Assembly: GCF_035594765.1 (NCBI RefSeq) | Contig: NC_085842.1 | Span: 320,601,359 to 320,665,358, forward strand | Length of the DNA stretch: 64,000 nt | Source of the DNA: Anolis carolinensis | Taxonomy: Eukaryota | Direction of reading: 5' to 3' | Part shown: positions 24,506-39,843 of the stretch, piece after piece | Layout: every line of letters begins with the position of its first letter | How positions within the stretch are numbered: position 1 is the first letter of the stretch | Notes under the pieces: generated by a model | What the model saw: only the letters and a program-made list of their open reading frames with translations | Databases searched by the model: none | What the model was told of the DNA's origin: nothing | Made by a program: the position numbers and the translations under genes

Positions 24506-27500
24506 CTGCCAAGGAAGACACACATTAGTCAAGAAAGTACTTTTTGAAAACCGGTTCAACAACAAAACCAAATTGTTTTTTAAAAGCCCATCCCACGAAA
24601 CTAGTTGCCTGCAAGATGTGTTCTGAGCAGAATGCAATTGATATCTATTATTGGAAATGTATAGAAACAGCCAAAGAAGAACCAGCTCAATAAGAAAACA
24701 AGGAGACAGTCAAGCAAGCCAACCAAAATTATATATAATGCAATGTATATTCCTAAAGTAGGAAAATGACTTTCAGCCTATAAAGGGTGATCTATTGCAG
24801 TTTACAATGTTTTTCTTAAAAAATCAAATTCTTTTTCTGGGGGAAAAATCTTAGCAAAAACGGCATAATATGCATGGCTTAATATGTACATATGGGTCCC
24901 ATTTTAATTACACTATGTAACAAAATTTGAGAAGTTTTGTTCCTGATTTGAAAGTGTTATTTCCTGTTTGATTTTGCGGTCCTTACTTTGAAAGTATTTG
25001 TTCTACTCCAGAAGCTTTGTTTTTGTGGCTGCTACAAGCTATGTTGAATTGGTTGAGACTCTATGAAATATTATTTGGAAAAACTACAGCAAAATATGCT
25101 GCAGAATGTCTCCACCGCAAAAACAGCTTTTGCAGTTTAATAAACCCTTTTCCATGTTTTTATGATTGAATCAATTAGGAAATGACATTTATAACCCAGG
25201 AACAAAAAAACGTGTTACATAGTGTTATGAAAGGATTGTTGTCGTGGGATTCCTTCAGGTTGTTTATGTTGTGCCCCTATCATGAGTTTTTGTGGGGATG
25301 AGGGTATGTGACTTGGCAAGATTTATTTAGAGGAAATTTGCCATGCCATTCCTCTAAGGCCGAGAGAGTGTGACTTGCTCAGTTAACCAATTAGTTTCCA
25401 CAGCAAAGCAGAGCATTGAACCTTGGTCTCCACAATCATAGTCCAACACTCAAACCACTACCCCATGCTGGCAATAGCATGTCCCTTCCCTTTAGTCAGT
25501 GAAGATGGGGAGATAACTCCAATTCTACTTGACACAAGTGGTTACTGACTAGAAATTGGTTTCATTCTTTTTCAGCATGTCATCCATTTCATTGTGAATC
25601 ACAATTTATAGCTGCAACTTCCCAACGGCAGCTCTGCATTTCATTTCACACTTGAACTGCACATAGTGGTTAGTTAAGCAGGATTGATTATACTGACGTC
25701 TAAATTATTATCTGCTGATTGCTCAGTTAACCACCCAGAGAAAGGTAGAATCTTCAGTTTCTATGGAGTTCTTACAACATAATAAACTCAGTCCCTGTGC
25801 AAGAAAGCAACTCCTTTGTTATGCAAACACCATTATGTTTCGAATGTCACCTTGCTAAAGGAGGAAGAAAAGTGAATGTGTGCACTGCCACTTGTCATGA
25901 TTCGAGAGAAAGTGATAATACAGAAGAGCCTCACTTATCCAAGCTAAACGGGCCGGCAGAAGCTTGGATAAGCGAATATGTTGGATAATAAGGAGGGATT
26001 AAGGAAAAGCCTATTAAACATCAAATTAGGTTATGATTTTACAAATTATGCACCAAAACTTCATGTTATACAACAAATTTGACAGAAAAAGTAGTTCAAT
26101 ACGCAGTAATGTTATGTTGTAATTACTGTATTTACGAATTTAGCACCAAAATATCACAATATATTGAAAACATTGACTACAAAAATGGCTTGGATTATCC
26201 AGAGGCTTGGATAAGTGAGGCTTGGATTAGTGAGACTCTACTGTACCTAGTTTGGAGCACTTAAAAAAAAATCTGTGTGCTGGCTAAAAGAATCATAAGA
26301 AAAATGGGATGGATTTTTGTTGAATTATATTAAATGAGTAATGGCCCAAAATCCTGTTGTTGTACTATACTAGCAGTTACACTTTGCCCAGGATTTATTT
26401 CATATTCTGCCTTTCTCCTCAAGGAAGGCAGGCAAATCTGCCTTCGAAACAGCGGAAAAACACTTGCGCTGCTCGTGTACCTGGATGCACAGCAACAGGC
26501 ATCTATTGTAGACATCTACTCATGACATCTTGGAGAATGTGTTGTCCCTTACACATCATGCTTTTCACCAGCCAAGAAAGTAATTTATAATTTCATACCA
26601 AGAGTATTATAAGCTATGCCTACAACTACTTTTAAGAGAAGAGAGAAGACCACGTTCCTTTCCCACTGACCTACGCATTATCTCTATAGATTGGGGTTGG
26701 CAAGTGTGCATTCTGCCCAGGACTCTTCAAAGGATATACCCTACCCAAACAAGTCCAAATACCTTGGTTTTCCTATATAGTTGCTCCCAAGATAATGACA
26801 GAAGAGACTGCACAGGAAAATATTTTAAGAGGAACCATAGAGCAACAAAAAAGCATTTGAAGATCGTTTCTAGTTGATCATTAAATTATGTATGCATATG
26901 AACACAAAGTTAAAACTGATGCTTTCTATTAGACAGCATTTAGATGTGCATTTATGAAGGGCAGCCCATGTAGTTCATTCCAACACCATGATTGTATAAA
27001 TTGTATTTTATAAATTAGTGATGTTAACTAAATAGTTCACTTCATGTCTTGTCATTGTTTAAAAGTTTGCTTTCTTGTATATGTTATGAGCTATCTTGGG
27101 AAAATAAGATTAAATAACATCTTTCCTTGTGCTGTTCTTCAAATTTTAATTGAAAGGTACTGGATTTAATGCAGTAATCATAACAATATTGTCCCCTTCC
27201 TAGAAAATCCCTTCACCTTCTCTTTGCTGTATATGTAGTCTTTCAGATTATACTGGATTCCCTGAAGCTGTTGGTGCATGCAGTTATAGCTTTCTGTATT
27301 TAATACTCATTCTTTTCTGCTGTAAATTAAAACTGATACTACGTTCACATTACCTAACTATCAACTATTTCCTTCCCATTATATCCATTGGCCTTTCCCA
27401 ATCTAATGCCTTCCAAATGAACTTGGTCTATCATTATTCCCAGGGAGGTTGGTCAAAACCAAAATGCTAGGACAAATAGCAAGCAACAAGAGAGGAGAGA

Positions 27501-27798
27501 CAAATAGTTTGTGTAGTTCTTCTACATAATTTGGAATAATTTAAACATTATTTACAGCAAGCATGGGCAAACTTCGGCCTTTCCTCCAGGTGTTTTGGAC
27601 TTCAACATGCCTGGTTCACAGGCTGCTACATGAACTTTAATAAATATATTCTAGACAGAAAACTGAGTTAGCACACCAAAACATTGCATACTTCTTCAAA
27701 AATGTTATCATTTTCTGATGCCAAGAAGCTTTCGCTCTGATCAACTCGATTTGATTTACAGTCTTTGTTTCAAAAGACATGTTCTCAGATTTAAGTAC

Positions 27799-28014
27799 CT
27801 TTTCCTTCCATTGAGCAGGTCATAAAGCTGCCCGCAGTAGATCTCGTAAAAGCTGATCCAGACATGAAGGTCTTTCCTGGTGTGTGATTTTTCCAATTGC
27901 CTAAAGATATCTTTAGCTGCCAGGGCATAGAGTCCTGGGTTTTGGTGAGTGCCAATCATTGTGTAGGTTTTGCCAGCCCCCGTCTGCCCGTATGCAAAGC
28001 AAGTGGCATTGCCG
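27799..28014 (-). CDS. KIF24: KIF24 coding exon 4 (P-loop)
   Basis: [17 protein letters not shown]...[15 protein letters not shown]. Confidence 0.96.
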
Positions 28015-28256
28015 CTGCAACAGAACAGAGAGAAGTATCTTTGAAAACCTTTACCCATTAAAAATATAGGATAAAACATACATTATTATCTGTTTTAAAA
28101 CATAACACTCATAAAATAACCGACCTGCCAAGAAAAATGTGGAATGGGCTTTGAGAAAAGTTCACAAGGAAGAAGGGTGAGCAGAGTGAAGAAGTGCATG
28201 AACAGTGCAAATGTTAAAAGGGTTTCCAGCCAATGCATCATGCAGTGATGCCCTAC

Positions 28257-28354
28257 CCGTTGAAAATGTGCTGGACGAGGGGGTGAGCAGTCTTCAAGTA
28301 CACATCCTGATTGGAACAGGCCTCCCCGAAGACTTCGTCAAAGTAAAACGCATG
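28257..28354 (-). CDS. KIF24: KIF24 coding exon 3
   Basis: HAFYFDEVFGEACSNQDVYLKTAHPLVQHIFNG. Confidence 0.93.
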
Positions 28355-31293
28355 CTGGAAAAAGGAAAAGGGATAGTTGGGAAAAGAGGGAATTCACTCT
28401 TCAGCTGCACTGGCAGCAAAATATAGATCGTACAGCGCTAGGTCACATAACAAATTCAGGCCTAATGCAGCCAACATACAACCTTCCCCAGGGGCAGCAA
28501 ACCAATAGATTTCAACAAATAAAGGCGAGTGAGAGCTCTCGCTCATTTCATTTTCAGTCCTCCACGGATGTCACTGGAAATAAAGCATGGAATGAAGCTA
28601 AAATTAAGATGTAGGTTCATGCCAAAGACCCTTAAATGAGCTGGTGGACAATGATGTAATGAATTTGTGCAGCATGACGCTATAGCATGAAATCTGGCCT
28701 AGGACAGGTTTGATCAATCCCAAATGTTGGGATCAAAAGAAGCCAGACCATTTTGGGATGCAGTTTTTTATGATTTCAGATCTTTGTCATCTAAACCCTT
28801 CTGATCTGTAACTGTTCCTTATTGTAGTGTTCAGGATGCCTAGCAGCTCTTCTTCATTGCAATTACAGAAAAGGACTGTGCTGGGAAATGGGCCTAATGG
28901 CGCAAACTTCCTGCAACGCAAAGGCTACAGGAATGCTCTGGGAGATCACTGTTCAAATGCAATTTAGTACAGTCAATTATTTTTGACATATGAAATCCTA
29001 AGAGAAAAGACACCACATAGTTTTACCTTAGAAAAACCAGAAGGTCCAATAGCAAACTAGAAATTGGATAAACCTCCACTGAAATGAACATGAGAGGGAA
29101 AGAGAGCCCAAGCAATTCAGCAACAACTTGTACTTTGTATCTTAAGTTTGAACTGCAAAACTTCTCAGGTTTGGATGTTTCTGTTCCTTCCTGCATTTCT
29201 TGACTTCAGTGTTCCTGAGCCAGATGAAAAGCTCAAGACTATTTCTAGAAAGCTTGTACGCTTTTGTGGCATTTTGGTTGGCACAAATATATGGGTATTT
29301 CTCCTACCATTAGATCATGAGGCAGTGCAGCTTTGTTTTTTTATCTAAAAAGCTAGAAGTTTATGCATGGACCCTGGATTTAAATTTGAGACTTCCCTTG
29401 AAACAACTGATCATCGTGCGGATTTATTCTTGCAACTGGATTAGAATCACAAAGTGTACTCAATAAGTATCTAAACAAGGAACACTAACAATAACTAGAG
29501 AATAAGCAACACTAAAATCAAATATGCCAGCAGTAGTCTTAGCATCCTGCTTCTAGACAGGTTTAGAATCCTAGAATCTGCCATCCTAGAATCTGCCATT
29601 TCTAAAAATATTCAAATAGCTGAAGTGGTCAAAGCTGAAAACAAGTTGGGATTTGTAGGATGGACATTAGAGGGCTTATGTAAGTTGAAATCACATTAGC
29701 AGCATCTGAAACCCTCCTGTGTCTTTTGTAAAGATTATCTATGACTTGCCTATAAAGGGCCAACCGACAACTAGGAAGACTGGAGATACTTACAGAGAAT
29801 CTGCACTTAGGGTGAAACTCCTTATTTTCAAGAGGTCCTAGTTTGACAAAAGCACCACTTATTATTCCTCTTATCTAGATGAATCAGTGACTTTTCCCTG
29901 GTCAGATGGACCACTGATAATCAAGATGGGAAAGGAATGGAAGATGTTTTATAATCTGGTAGATAACCGACTACTGCAATTCTATTTCATGTTCTGAACA
30001 GTTGGGCTCAGACCCTGGACTAGGGTGTGTGTGTGTGTGGCTGCTCTGTAGACCAGCTGTATTCCAGCTACTGTCAATTAGACTAAGGAATTCTTCTATG
30101 GCAGCGAAGACGACTTGGGAATGGAAAGGAAAGGTGCAAAACTACTAGCCCAAAAACCATTCACTCAAGAAGGAAGGGAAAATGAGGAGGAAGTGCAGAG
30201 AGGATATTGCATGTGAGTACAAGTGATCATTAAGGTGGAGCTTGTGTACCAACTGACTGTGAGACTCTTGCCCTCCAGGACTGGGGAAGCTGGTAAAAGG
30301 GGGATTCCCAAGACTGGTTTCCCGTTGTTCTGCTCTGATTTGAATAGAACAGCTGAAGATGCATAGACTGGTGCCCTCCGAGGCTGCCTTCAGTATTGAC
30401 TGGGTGGGCAGCAGGGAGCAGAAGGGGGAAGCCAGCTAGCAATCAGAAAAGAAGACCCATAGACTGCAACTCAATCAATTGACAATTTGTCTTGCTTGTG
30501 TAGCTCTCAAGTAGCAGAGGGAAGACATATTTTATCATTACCACAAGATGATGCATCCTTTCCAGGAGCACAAGGACACAGCCATCATCATTTCCATCTA
30601 TGTTTGTGCAATCACAAAACCTTGGGTCTAGTGTAGTTACCATGTTTCGGGAGGTGGGGGAGTGTTCAGAAACTGCAGTACACATTAGCTGTTAAATTTT
30701 GTGGAGTCGGATGGTGAGAATGCATGATGTTTATGTCAATGGAACTGTACTGGCTCCCTTTTAGCTTCTGAGAAGATTTGGACTTTCTGTTTTATCTGAA
30801 TTTATATGGGCATATTCTGTCTCTGAGCCTGAATATCCACTAACCACTTGGGAAGAAGTTCCTTTGCTCTGCATCTTCTACAAGGCCTAAACAAACAAGC
30901 AAACCCCCAACCCCACGCAAAAACAAAACCCAAAATAGCCACTGTCTGTTAGCCACATTCAAAAAGAAGCTTCCACTTGTAAAACACTTCCTCACTACAA
31001 AATGGCATAGAATATTCAACAGTGTTGGCACTTTGCTAAATATTTTGAATAGGGGTTTGCTTGAACTCTTCTGGTTTTGTATGTTCAGGTTTATGTATTC
31101 TTTTACATAACCTGAGCATGCAAGTGGTTACTTTGAAACTAGTCAAATTAAGCACTGATTTAAAAAGACAGGACTTCCATTTCTGTACTGGAAAAAGGTT
31201 TTTTAAATCCTTGTTTGATGAACAATAGATCATTTTGATCCTTTCACTTGAAAACTTTTAATAAAAGATTAAAAGGACAGAAAAAATTGCAAC

Positions 31294-31483
31294 CTGCAAA
31301 ATGTACTGGGTGAGGTCCACCGCCTCCTTTTTCTCATGGAGCAGGAGTGTGTCCTTGTCTTCCACTGTGATGATGTTCACTTCTCCACGCCGCTCCTCTC
31401 TCAAGCCAAGGGGACGCTTTCGCACACAAACACGGATCTTGTCTGTTTCAGTCCACGGAGCCTCTTTCTCGGAAGAAACAGAT
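31294..31483 (-). CDS. KIF24: KIF24 coding exon 2 (start of kinesin-13 motor)
   Basis: KIRVCVRKRPL...KEAVDLTQYILQ; AG/GT boundaries, phases consistent. Confidence 0.95.
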
Positions 31484-31693
31484 CTGCAGAACAAGGGACA
31501 TCAACATGCAGTTAGAAAACTGTTACTCCACAAATTAAACCATACAAAGCAAATGCATGTGAAATTATCTCTGGTTTCAGATTTTTAAAATAAAGTATTT
31601 GTTAAATTTGACCCATTTTCTATGTACATGTGGGAGAGAATTACATCACTAATGTTCTTTGTATGCAAAGGATTTCAAAGACATTGTTGTTAC

Positions 31694-32292
31694 CTGGTAC
31701 AAGAATGTGGCACTCCGTAATTATAACCAGAAACATGAGCTATTCTTTGGACAAAGGGGGCTTCAATCTCCCCTGAAAGAGGGGCAATATCACTCGATGA
31801 GCTGATAACTGGAACACCCACTTTGTATTCTGTCCACATTGAAGACTCTTTCCTGGGTCTTTTGTACTCAGCTTGATGACTGCTCAACACAGCAGCTAAA
31901 TCCTCTTTATCTTCACTCCCAAAGCAACTAGATAATGCACACGGTCCAGGTTCAAGATCTTTCCTTCCATCTCCTTCGTCTGGCAGGGAATCAAAGTGGA
32001 GTTGTCTCCGGGGGCCAGACCTAGACACTTGTGGCTGAAGGCGGACAGCACCGGCCTGGAAACCCGTCTGCTTTCTCCCTGCTGTTGCTTCTTCTGCCTG
32101 CAACATTCTGATGATTCGAATGAGCTGGAAAAGACGCTTGCGGTCCTTCATGTTGTGTACCCCCAGTTTGGCATAATCTTTCATGGAGACCTTGGCAAGT
32201 TCATCGATCCTCTGATAACCAAGGGCAGTAAAATGGGGGTAATATTTTTCAAGTTCTGCCTCACACAGGCATTCGTACAAACATGAGGCCAT
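31694..32292 (-). CDS. KIF24: KIF24 coding exon 1 (SAM domain)
   Basis: Acceptor at 32307-8, ATG at 32292; MASCLYECLCEAELEKYYPHFTALGYQRIDELAK...; donor AG|gtaac, phase 2. Confidence 0.95.
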
Positions 32293-35200
32293 CTTCAACT
32301 CAAAGTCTGATAGACAAATAAATAAGACAAAAGAGGGAAAACTTTGTTAAAAAGCATATTTTTCACAATGCATATACTCCGTCAAGCACTGCTGCCACTG
32401 AACTTCCATTTCATACTGCTAACAGGCTTATTCGTTGAAGGTATTCTAGGAGCAGTGCTTAAAAGACCAAGCCCCATCCAGGATAATTCCTACTATGCAG
32501 TCCGCACCCACTCTGCCCAAAGCTATGCCTGTAAATAGCTCAAAGGGCTCCAGAATTCCAGGATAATATTCCAAGTGGCTTGGACTCTTCATTACTACCC
32601 CATGAAACAATATATTAAATACTGAAAATAAGACACCACAGCATGACTCTGGTCATAATCTTATACAGTGGGAATAAATATCAATGAGTAAGGAAGATAC
32701 TATTAAGCACACTTTAATATGATTGTTCCTGTACAGAACCAGGGACTTAAAGAAGTTGAGGTTCAAATCCCTACTCAACCATGCCTTTGAGGCAGTTACT
32801 CCTCCTAGAAGAACAAGAGCTTTCAGATACTTTTCAGTGAGCAAAAGCTGGAGGGAATTTGAAGCTGAAACTTTCTGGATCCGTTATTACTTCCCTTTGA
32901 CTTCACAGGTTACAGCACGCTCTCTTTTTACTACAACTATTTCTACATATTTTGCTAAATTTGGAAAACATCTTATGTATCCAATACAGTAGAAACAGAT
33001 CAATGTGTCACAAGACATTTTGTTTCATTTTCTTTTCCTTCATAGGCTAACATGGGCAACCCTTCTGACAACTGCATTACACTGTTTCTTCTGAAAATTT
33101 AACACACTTAGAATTGCTGGCTCTGTTTCTATTTGTTTGGATTCATATTTCTGATTTTCTGCTTTTTATTGTTAGATTTTAATAGTTCTGAAGTTGTTCT
33201 TTTTAAATTGTATCAGCATGGTTTTCTGATTACTGTTTTGAGTTTTGATATACAGAAATCTTAATAAATACATTAAAGCTGTAGTTAAATTGGTTTATTT
33301 ATTTATTTACAGTATTTATATTCCACTCTTCTCACCCCGAAGGGGACTCACATTACACATATAAGGCAAACATTCAATGCCTTGACATAGAACAAAGACA
33401 AAGACAAACACAGACTCTGAGCTAGCCTCGAACTCATGACCTCTTGGTCAGTGTGATTGGTCGCAGCTGGCTGCAGCTGGCTGCTCACCAGCTTGCGCTA
33501 CAGCTCGGGCAGACCAAGCATAGGCAAACTTCAGTCCTCCAGGTGTTTTGGACTTCAACTCCCAGAATCCCTAGCAGTGTACCAGCTGTTAGGAATTGTG
33601 GGAGTTGAAGTCCAAACAATTGCTAAAGTTTGCTCATGCCTGATTTAGATTGTCACTGTTTTCATCTAGCCATTGAAAAGGTTAAGCAATGAGTCTCCCA
33701 GGAGCTTAGTAGCTCATGGGCATAGCTGGTACAATATTGTTTTATTTGGACTTTGTGATATAAAAGAATACCGAGAAAAGAGAAGTGACTTGTGTGGACG
33801 ATGGCTATGTCAGTGTTTGCAGTGGTGCGCATCCCATTACATTTCCGACACCATAAATATATATGCCTTCAAAATCATGCTTGTAGATCACCCAGGTAAA
33901 AGGAATAGGTCCCCACAACCCGCAAGCCACCTGTTAAACCAATATTCTTAAAGAAGGGAGAACAGGTAGCACTTCACCCATTTCACAGAAAAGAAGAAGT
34001 TGGTCTTTGTTTATCCAACCAGGAAGAGCCTGCAATTTCATTGCTTAAATTGTCATTCACAAAAAAATGTGCATGTCAGAAAAATAGTCAATCAACCAAG
34101 GGAGACTAAAAAATCACAGCAAACAACAAAGTAATGCAGATAGTATGTACTTAAAATGCACTCACTTACTGGTATCTCCCACCTTCTTCCACTTGTAAAG
34201 TCTATGTAACAAGTGGCTCAAGCTGCAGACACACACCACACCAGCTAGCTAGAGAAAGCAACAGGCCTAAATTTAGATCTGCCTCTTTCAGGCTAGTCAC
34301 AGCCCCCCAAAGCTCTCTATAGCTATGATCAGAGGCTGTGAAATAGATAGATTGCACCACAATGGGAAATACAAAGGCGTGGTTGCATGTATTAATAGAT
34401 AAGGTAAGCTGCTGGAATCTGGAGCATGATATTACTTCTTTTAAATACATAGACTTCAGTGATCCTTAAGGTAAAGCATGTGAGGGATCAGCAGGGTCAC
34501 CCTCTTCAAAAAGACCCCAGTACAGTTCTGGGCTGCATCAACAGAAGTATAGTAGAAATATAGGCATTTTTCAGGGGGGCTGTAGTTGTGCATTTCTGCA
34601 TGGCAGGAGATTGCACTAAATGATCCTTGGGGTCCCCTTCCATCTCTATGATTCTATGAACTTTTCCTCCCAAATACAAGGAAAGTACAGCAGGGTTTTC
34701 CCCTTCAAGGCCCACATTGCTGCCTCCTTTGCCACCTGCTGGTACACATAGGAGGCACTAACAATTTGCTTATTTCAATATGTGTTAAAGCCACATAGTT
34801 TGATAATATATCAATGAGACAATGATATCAATAGTTATACAAAACAGAGACTCAGTGTTCAAATCTGCAAAAGTTTCATACTTTCACTAAAGAGTATCAG
34901 TTCCTCCAGATAAAGAGTCCTGAAGCAAAGCAGGATTCCCAAGAAATGGGTTCATAAGGTATGATGGCAGAACGGCTGGGGATCTGGGAGGAATTTGTCA
35001 CTCATATTTAAACTTCGTCTCGAACAGCAGCAGCTGTTGCATTTGCATGTGCATGCATGAACTAAGAGATCACAGAGTAGAATAAAAAAGTCTAATTGAA
35101 TGGCTGGCTGGTCCTGCTGGTTCAAATCATCTAGTTTTTCAGTTACATGCTCAATTCAACACACACTAGTTTATACTTTCAAGTCTTTTCATTCAACGCA

Positions 35201-38200
35201 AGTGCTGTAAATTGTAAAGGCAGATGGAAAATACTTTTTTAAAAAAGGAGAAACATTTATTATGGTTCATTCTCTGGCTGTAGCTAGAATTTTACAGATA
35301 AACATTTGCCTTTACTACCTTCAACTCAAAAAAGGTAGTCAATTTATCCACTTTCTGGACAATATTAACCATTTTCTTTGTAAATCTTTATCCATTTTCG
35401 AATCACTCTTTCAACATAATTTTAGCTGATGATCTCACTGGAAAACCTTCTGCACAACAACTGATACAACAACTGCTTTGAGACAACAGCTGTTGCAGGG
35501 TATGAAAACGTCTCATTTTCATGGTGCATGCATAAAATAAATCCGTTATTCTGGGTGATGATTATTTAAAAGTTGTGTTTGATTCTTTCTGGTAAGCGAT
35601 GCCCCCAGAAATGCAAATGTGTTTCTATATAAAGGAAATGTGTTATCATATACATAGGTACAACTTCATTCCCTGTGTTTTGGTTGCTGTGTTAGTGGTT
35701 TCTGTTACATGGCAACCAGCTTCTTCCTTTCAAGTTAAAGCAGAGGGGGCTGGTTAGACTTCACCAAGAACTTCCTGCTTCAGCTTGAGCTGGGAGAGGG
35801 ACATTCCAAAGCCCTAAAATGTCCTCTGAGCTATGGCACCGGGAATTAAGCCTCTGGCAGGTCCAGCAAGTGAACAACCAAGAAAGTACAGGGGACATGT
35901 TACATTTCATTGAGTATTGCATTTCATTTGCTTTACCTACAGTGAAAAGCAGGATACAACACCGAGACTGTATGGCAAAACACACCATTCACTACCAAGA
36001 CCCTAAAAAGGCGCCCCCTCCATTCCAACTGCCACAGCCCCAGCCCAGGAAAGGAGATGAAGGCACAGCTCCATGTCCAAAAAGCAGATGAAAGGTCCAA
36101 CTGCACCTGCAGTGGGTTCAGAGAGAAAGAAGAACAGGCAACACAGCTCCCTCATCCTCAGGAAGAAAAGAAAGCCCCCTCCCATCCCAACTGCCATAGC
36201 CCAAGCCTCGGAGAAAAAGGAAGAGGATCAGGCATGGCTCCATGATGCTTAGGCCCTTCCTTCATCCTAACTATCACAGACCTGGTTTCAGAGAGAGAGA
36301 AGCAGCATCAGCTTCTGCTGACTTAATCCCCTCCTCCACTTCCATCCTCTTTCTGTGTGCATCCTGCTTTCAGACCACTTATGAGAAGAAACACATTGTC
36401 GCTTGAAAGTTTCAGTGTGGCTCTTTCCTGATATCTTGTAAAGTCTAATGGATTCTTCAGCACAGAGAATTAGCTCTTTTAGCATGCTGAGAGCATATTG
36501 CCGCAGTAAATACACTTGAGAGGCTTAATAGCAAAACTCTGCTCAAGAGATTCAAAAAGCATTTTGCTCTGCCTTGAAAGAAAATTTAGTCAAGGTGGAA
36601 GAGCTCAGAACTTAATTTGCATCCCAAAAAATTAAAAACATTACATGAAAGTAGTAAAAGAAAACCAGGATGGTTAATTCATTTGTTGCAACCTCCCTTG
36701 CCATTTCAAGGAAAGTGGATAACCAAAAGCCAAGGACCCTCTCAAGAAGTAAAAGGGAGATCATTTGAGGGATCCCATACTCTCATTGAACTTCAAACAC
36801 CAAACCATTTAGGAGTATGAGAAACACTTCTGAAGCCCTCTTCATTTCCAACTGTATGAAAAGTGCATACTCAGACAGAGGCAACTTTCACCGCAGCAGG
36901 GTCTTGTCTAGATAATACATCATCTACAAACATTATAACATCCCCATCAGTGTAATTAGCTTTGCTTGCATCTGTTCTAAAATGTTGACACATGAACAAT
37001 ATCTCTAGTGTTAAATGTCTGTGCAGCAAAGATTCTGCAAGTGAAACATGATAGGCAAAGGCAAAAATGGAATCAGCACTTACTTATTACATTTTTATCC
37101 TCTCTTTCCTCCCAAGAGCTTGGAATGGCATCCATAGTTCCTACCACCCATGTCAGCTTCAGAAAAGTCTTGTGAGTAAAATAAGATAAAATGCCTGGAT
37201 GGAAGTCAGCCAATATACATAGGATCTTGAGAGCTGAAAGGGACCAAAAGGGTCAATCTAGTCCAAATCCCTGCTTCATGGTGGATTGGGAATCTTCAGG
37301 AGCATCTCTCTACTTCTAGCCTGCCACTGTAATGACTCCACTGGTCCTCAGGTATCACTATATGATGGAAAGAAAAAGGCCCAGTAAAACGATAGGAAAA
37401 CAGTGAGGTAATCTCTTCCTAAGTAATCATTGTAATCCCCATGGTAATCTCTGTTTAGAAGAGTCCAGCCCAACAGAATAACATAACAATAGTAAAATAA
37501 AACACAAGGAAGTCAGTCCGTAAACGTGAGCTGGGATTTATGTCTGTGCCAATCCAATTAGCAGTGCAGAACTACCCACTTTAAGAAAAATAAAAAGCTT
37601 ATGTGCTTTGCAGCAGCAAAACTTCACCTTAGAATCTAGGGTGACAAGCTTCATTTTAGACCTTAAGACACAGGCCAAACCGCAACCCAGTGTCTGGACT
37701 GAATCCAATAAAGGCAACAAATGACTTGGAGCTAGAAAACTCAAATTCACAATTTAAATCCATGAAATACCCTGGGAAACATCATGTTACTGACATACAC
37801 ATTCATAGGTCTGGCCTGCATGCATGTCACCTGCTTTTGGGTGGGGGGCAGTGGCAATTCTTTTCACCTATCAAGTCCTAAGAGGGAAACATTGCCAATG
37901 CTTTCTGACAAGGAAGGAGGGGATAATTCAGATATGAAAGAATTGGCGGCTCTTGGCTTCCAAGGAAAAGGAGGACACTCTTTCACTGTAGCCCTTTCCC
38001 CATAGCTGAAATCAGATACTTCTTCACCCTCTAAATGACCTCCTTCCACATCTTGCAATCACTACAACAGCAGGGCTTTGAGAACTGCTGAGGTGGAGGA
38101 ATCACGCAAAAATGAGCAGGCTGTGCAATGTACTCTCCCTGCTTGAAGAAGAGTCCTGGCTAATAGATCAGTGCTTGCTCCCAAACTCCTAGCCAAACCC

Positions 38201-39110
38201 AAATTCCTGACATTAAAGTTTAATGACTGGCTTTTTCTTACTTATATAAAGATCTCTTACAGAACCCATTTGTATGAAGTCAAATAGACTGAAGAAGCAA
38301 TTTTATCAGAGGTGTCACCTGAGTTTTGGATTCCTCTCTGCAGGCGAAACCAAACAACCTTGTGGCACTTAGAGACCAACACGTTTGTTGTGGCATCAAC
38401 TATGATGTTGTCATGTAGCATCTCTGGTGCCTCAAGACTGGTTATTTTCCTGCAACAGACCAAAAGAGTTTCCTCTCTGAAAAGCCTCCTTGAGAAGCTT
38501 TGTCAGGTAACACCTTAATCCTGCCTGGATTAAAACATCAAACATATGAATGCAGTCAATAAAGATATTAATCAGTGTTTTAAGATCTAACAAAAACACA
38601 AATTTGTGTACTTGAGACAATCAACAAGCACTGCTGTAATGATAGGATTATCTAGAACTTTTTCTGGAAGGACATGGAAGCAGAGATGTCTTTCTGGTCC
38701 TTAAAACAAAGTAGGCACACATACATTCATATTAAACAAGTGCATTACATGTTTGTTTACTTCAGTCTTGCCTGCCTCTAGATGTATTAGTTTGCACCTC
38801 AACTGTTCTCTCTGAAGGCTTCTTCTTTACTTTCTTGATGCTTCCAGCATTTCAAGAGCAGCTTTTCCATTATAAGGCTAATGCCACCTCACACTTTTAA
38901 CTGGATTATTTAAAAGGATTTTGAAGTGAGAGCTGAGTACATTATCTTTTGTGACACAGCTTCTAAATAGGAATTTGGTACAACAATTTGAGAGTGTCCT
39001 AAAATACATGTGAATCATTGAGAGTGCAAATGTATTGTTCTTATGGTTGGTATTATTACATATTTATATATCGCCGACAATGTACATGGCACTTGATAAG
39101 TTCAACTAAC

Positions 39111-39142
<32 letters not shown>

Positions 39143-39550
39143 TTGCATTGTAGAGACTTATATGTTATTATTCCTTTACTCTGGATGTATGTATATGTAT
39201 TTATATGCAAACTATAATTTTTATTTTTTTTATTTTTATATTATGATATGATTACTTAAGTCAAAATATACTATAATATTATACACTAATTTATATAATT
39301 ACTTTTACATTTTATATATATATTTGTGTGCGTATCTATATATATATTTGTGTGTGTGTATATATATATATTTGTATATGTATCTGTTTTAATACTTGTA
39401 TATATTTTAAGTTGCATTGAAATGCTTTTTAGTGCAAGCTGCTTTGAGTCTCCTTGTGGAGTGAAAAAGCGGGATATAAATAAACATAATAATAATATTA
39501 ATTATTATTATTATACATTATATTATACTATTTCCCTCTCTATTGGGCAT

Positions 39551-39843
39551 AGTAAAGCTAAAGAATTTCCCCTGACATTAAGTCCAATTCTGGGGGATGG
39601 TGCTCATCTCCATTTCTAAGCCGAAGAGCCACCATTGTCCGTAGACACGTCCAAGGTCATGTGGCCGGTGTGACTGCATGGAGTGCCGTTACCTTCCCAC
39701 CGGAGCGGTACCTATTTGCATGTTTTCGAACTGCTAGGTTGGCAGAAGCTGGGGCTAACAGTGGGAGCTCACCCCCTCCCCGACCTTTTGGTCAGCAAGT
39801 TCAGCAGCTCAGCGGTTTAACTCACTGCATCACCGGGGGCTCC
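39551..39843 (-). mobile_element. Sauria SINE (reverse), next to a second tRNA-derived SINE at ~39999-40277 (+)
   Basis: Reverse complement of the 13635 element body and tail. Confidence 0.8.

Noticed and set aside
34165-34222. Possible KIF24 5'UTR cassette exon (cag|...|gtgagt on minus)
   Set aside because: Splice-like signals only; no independent support.
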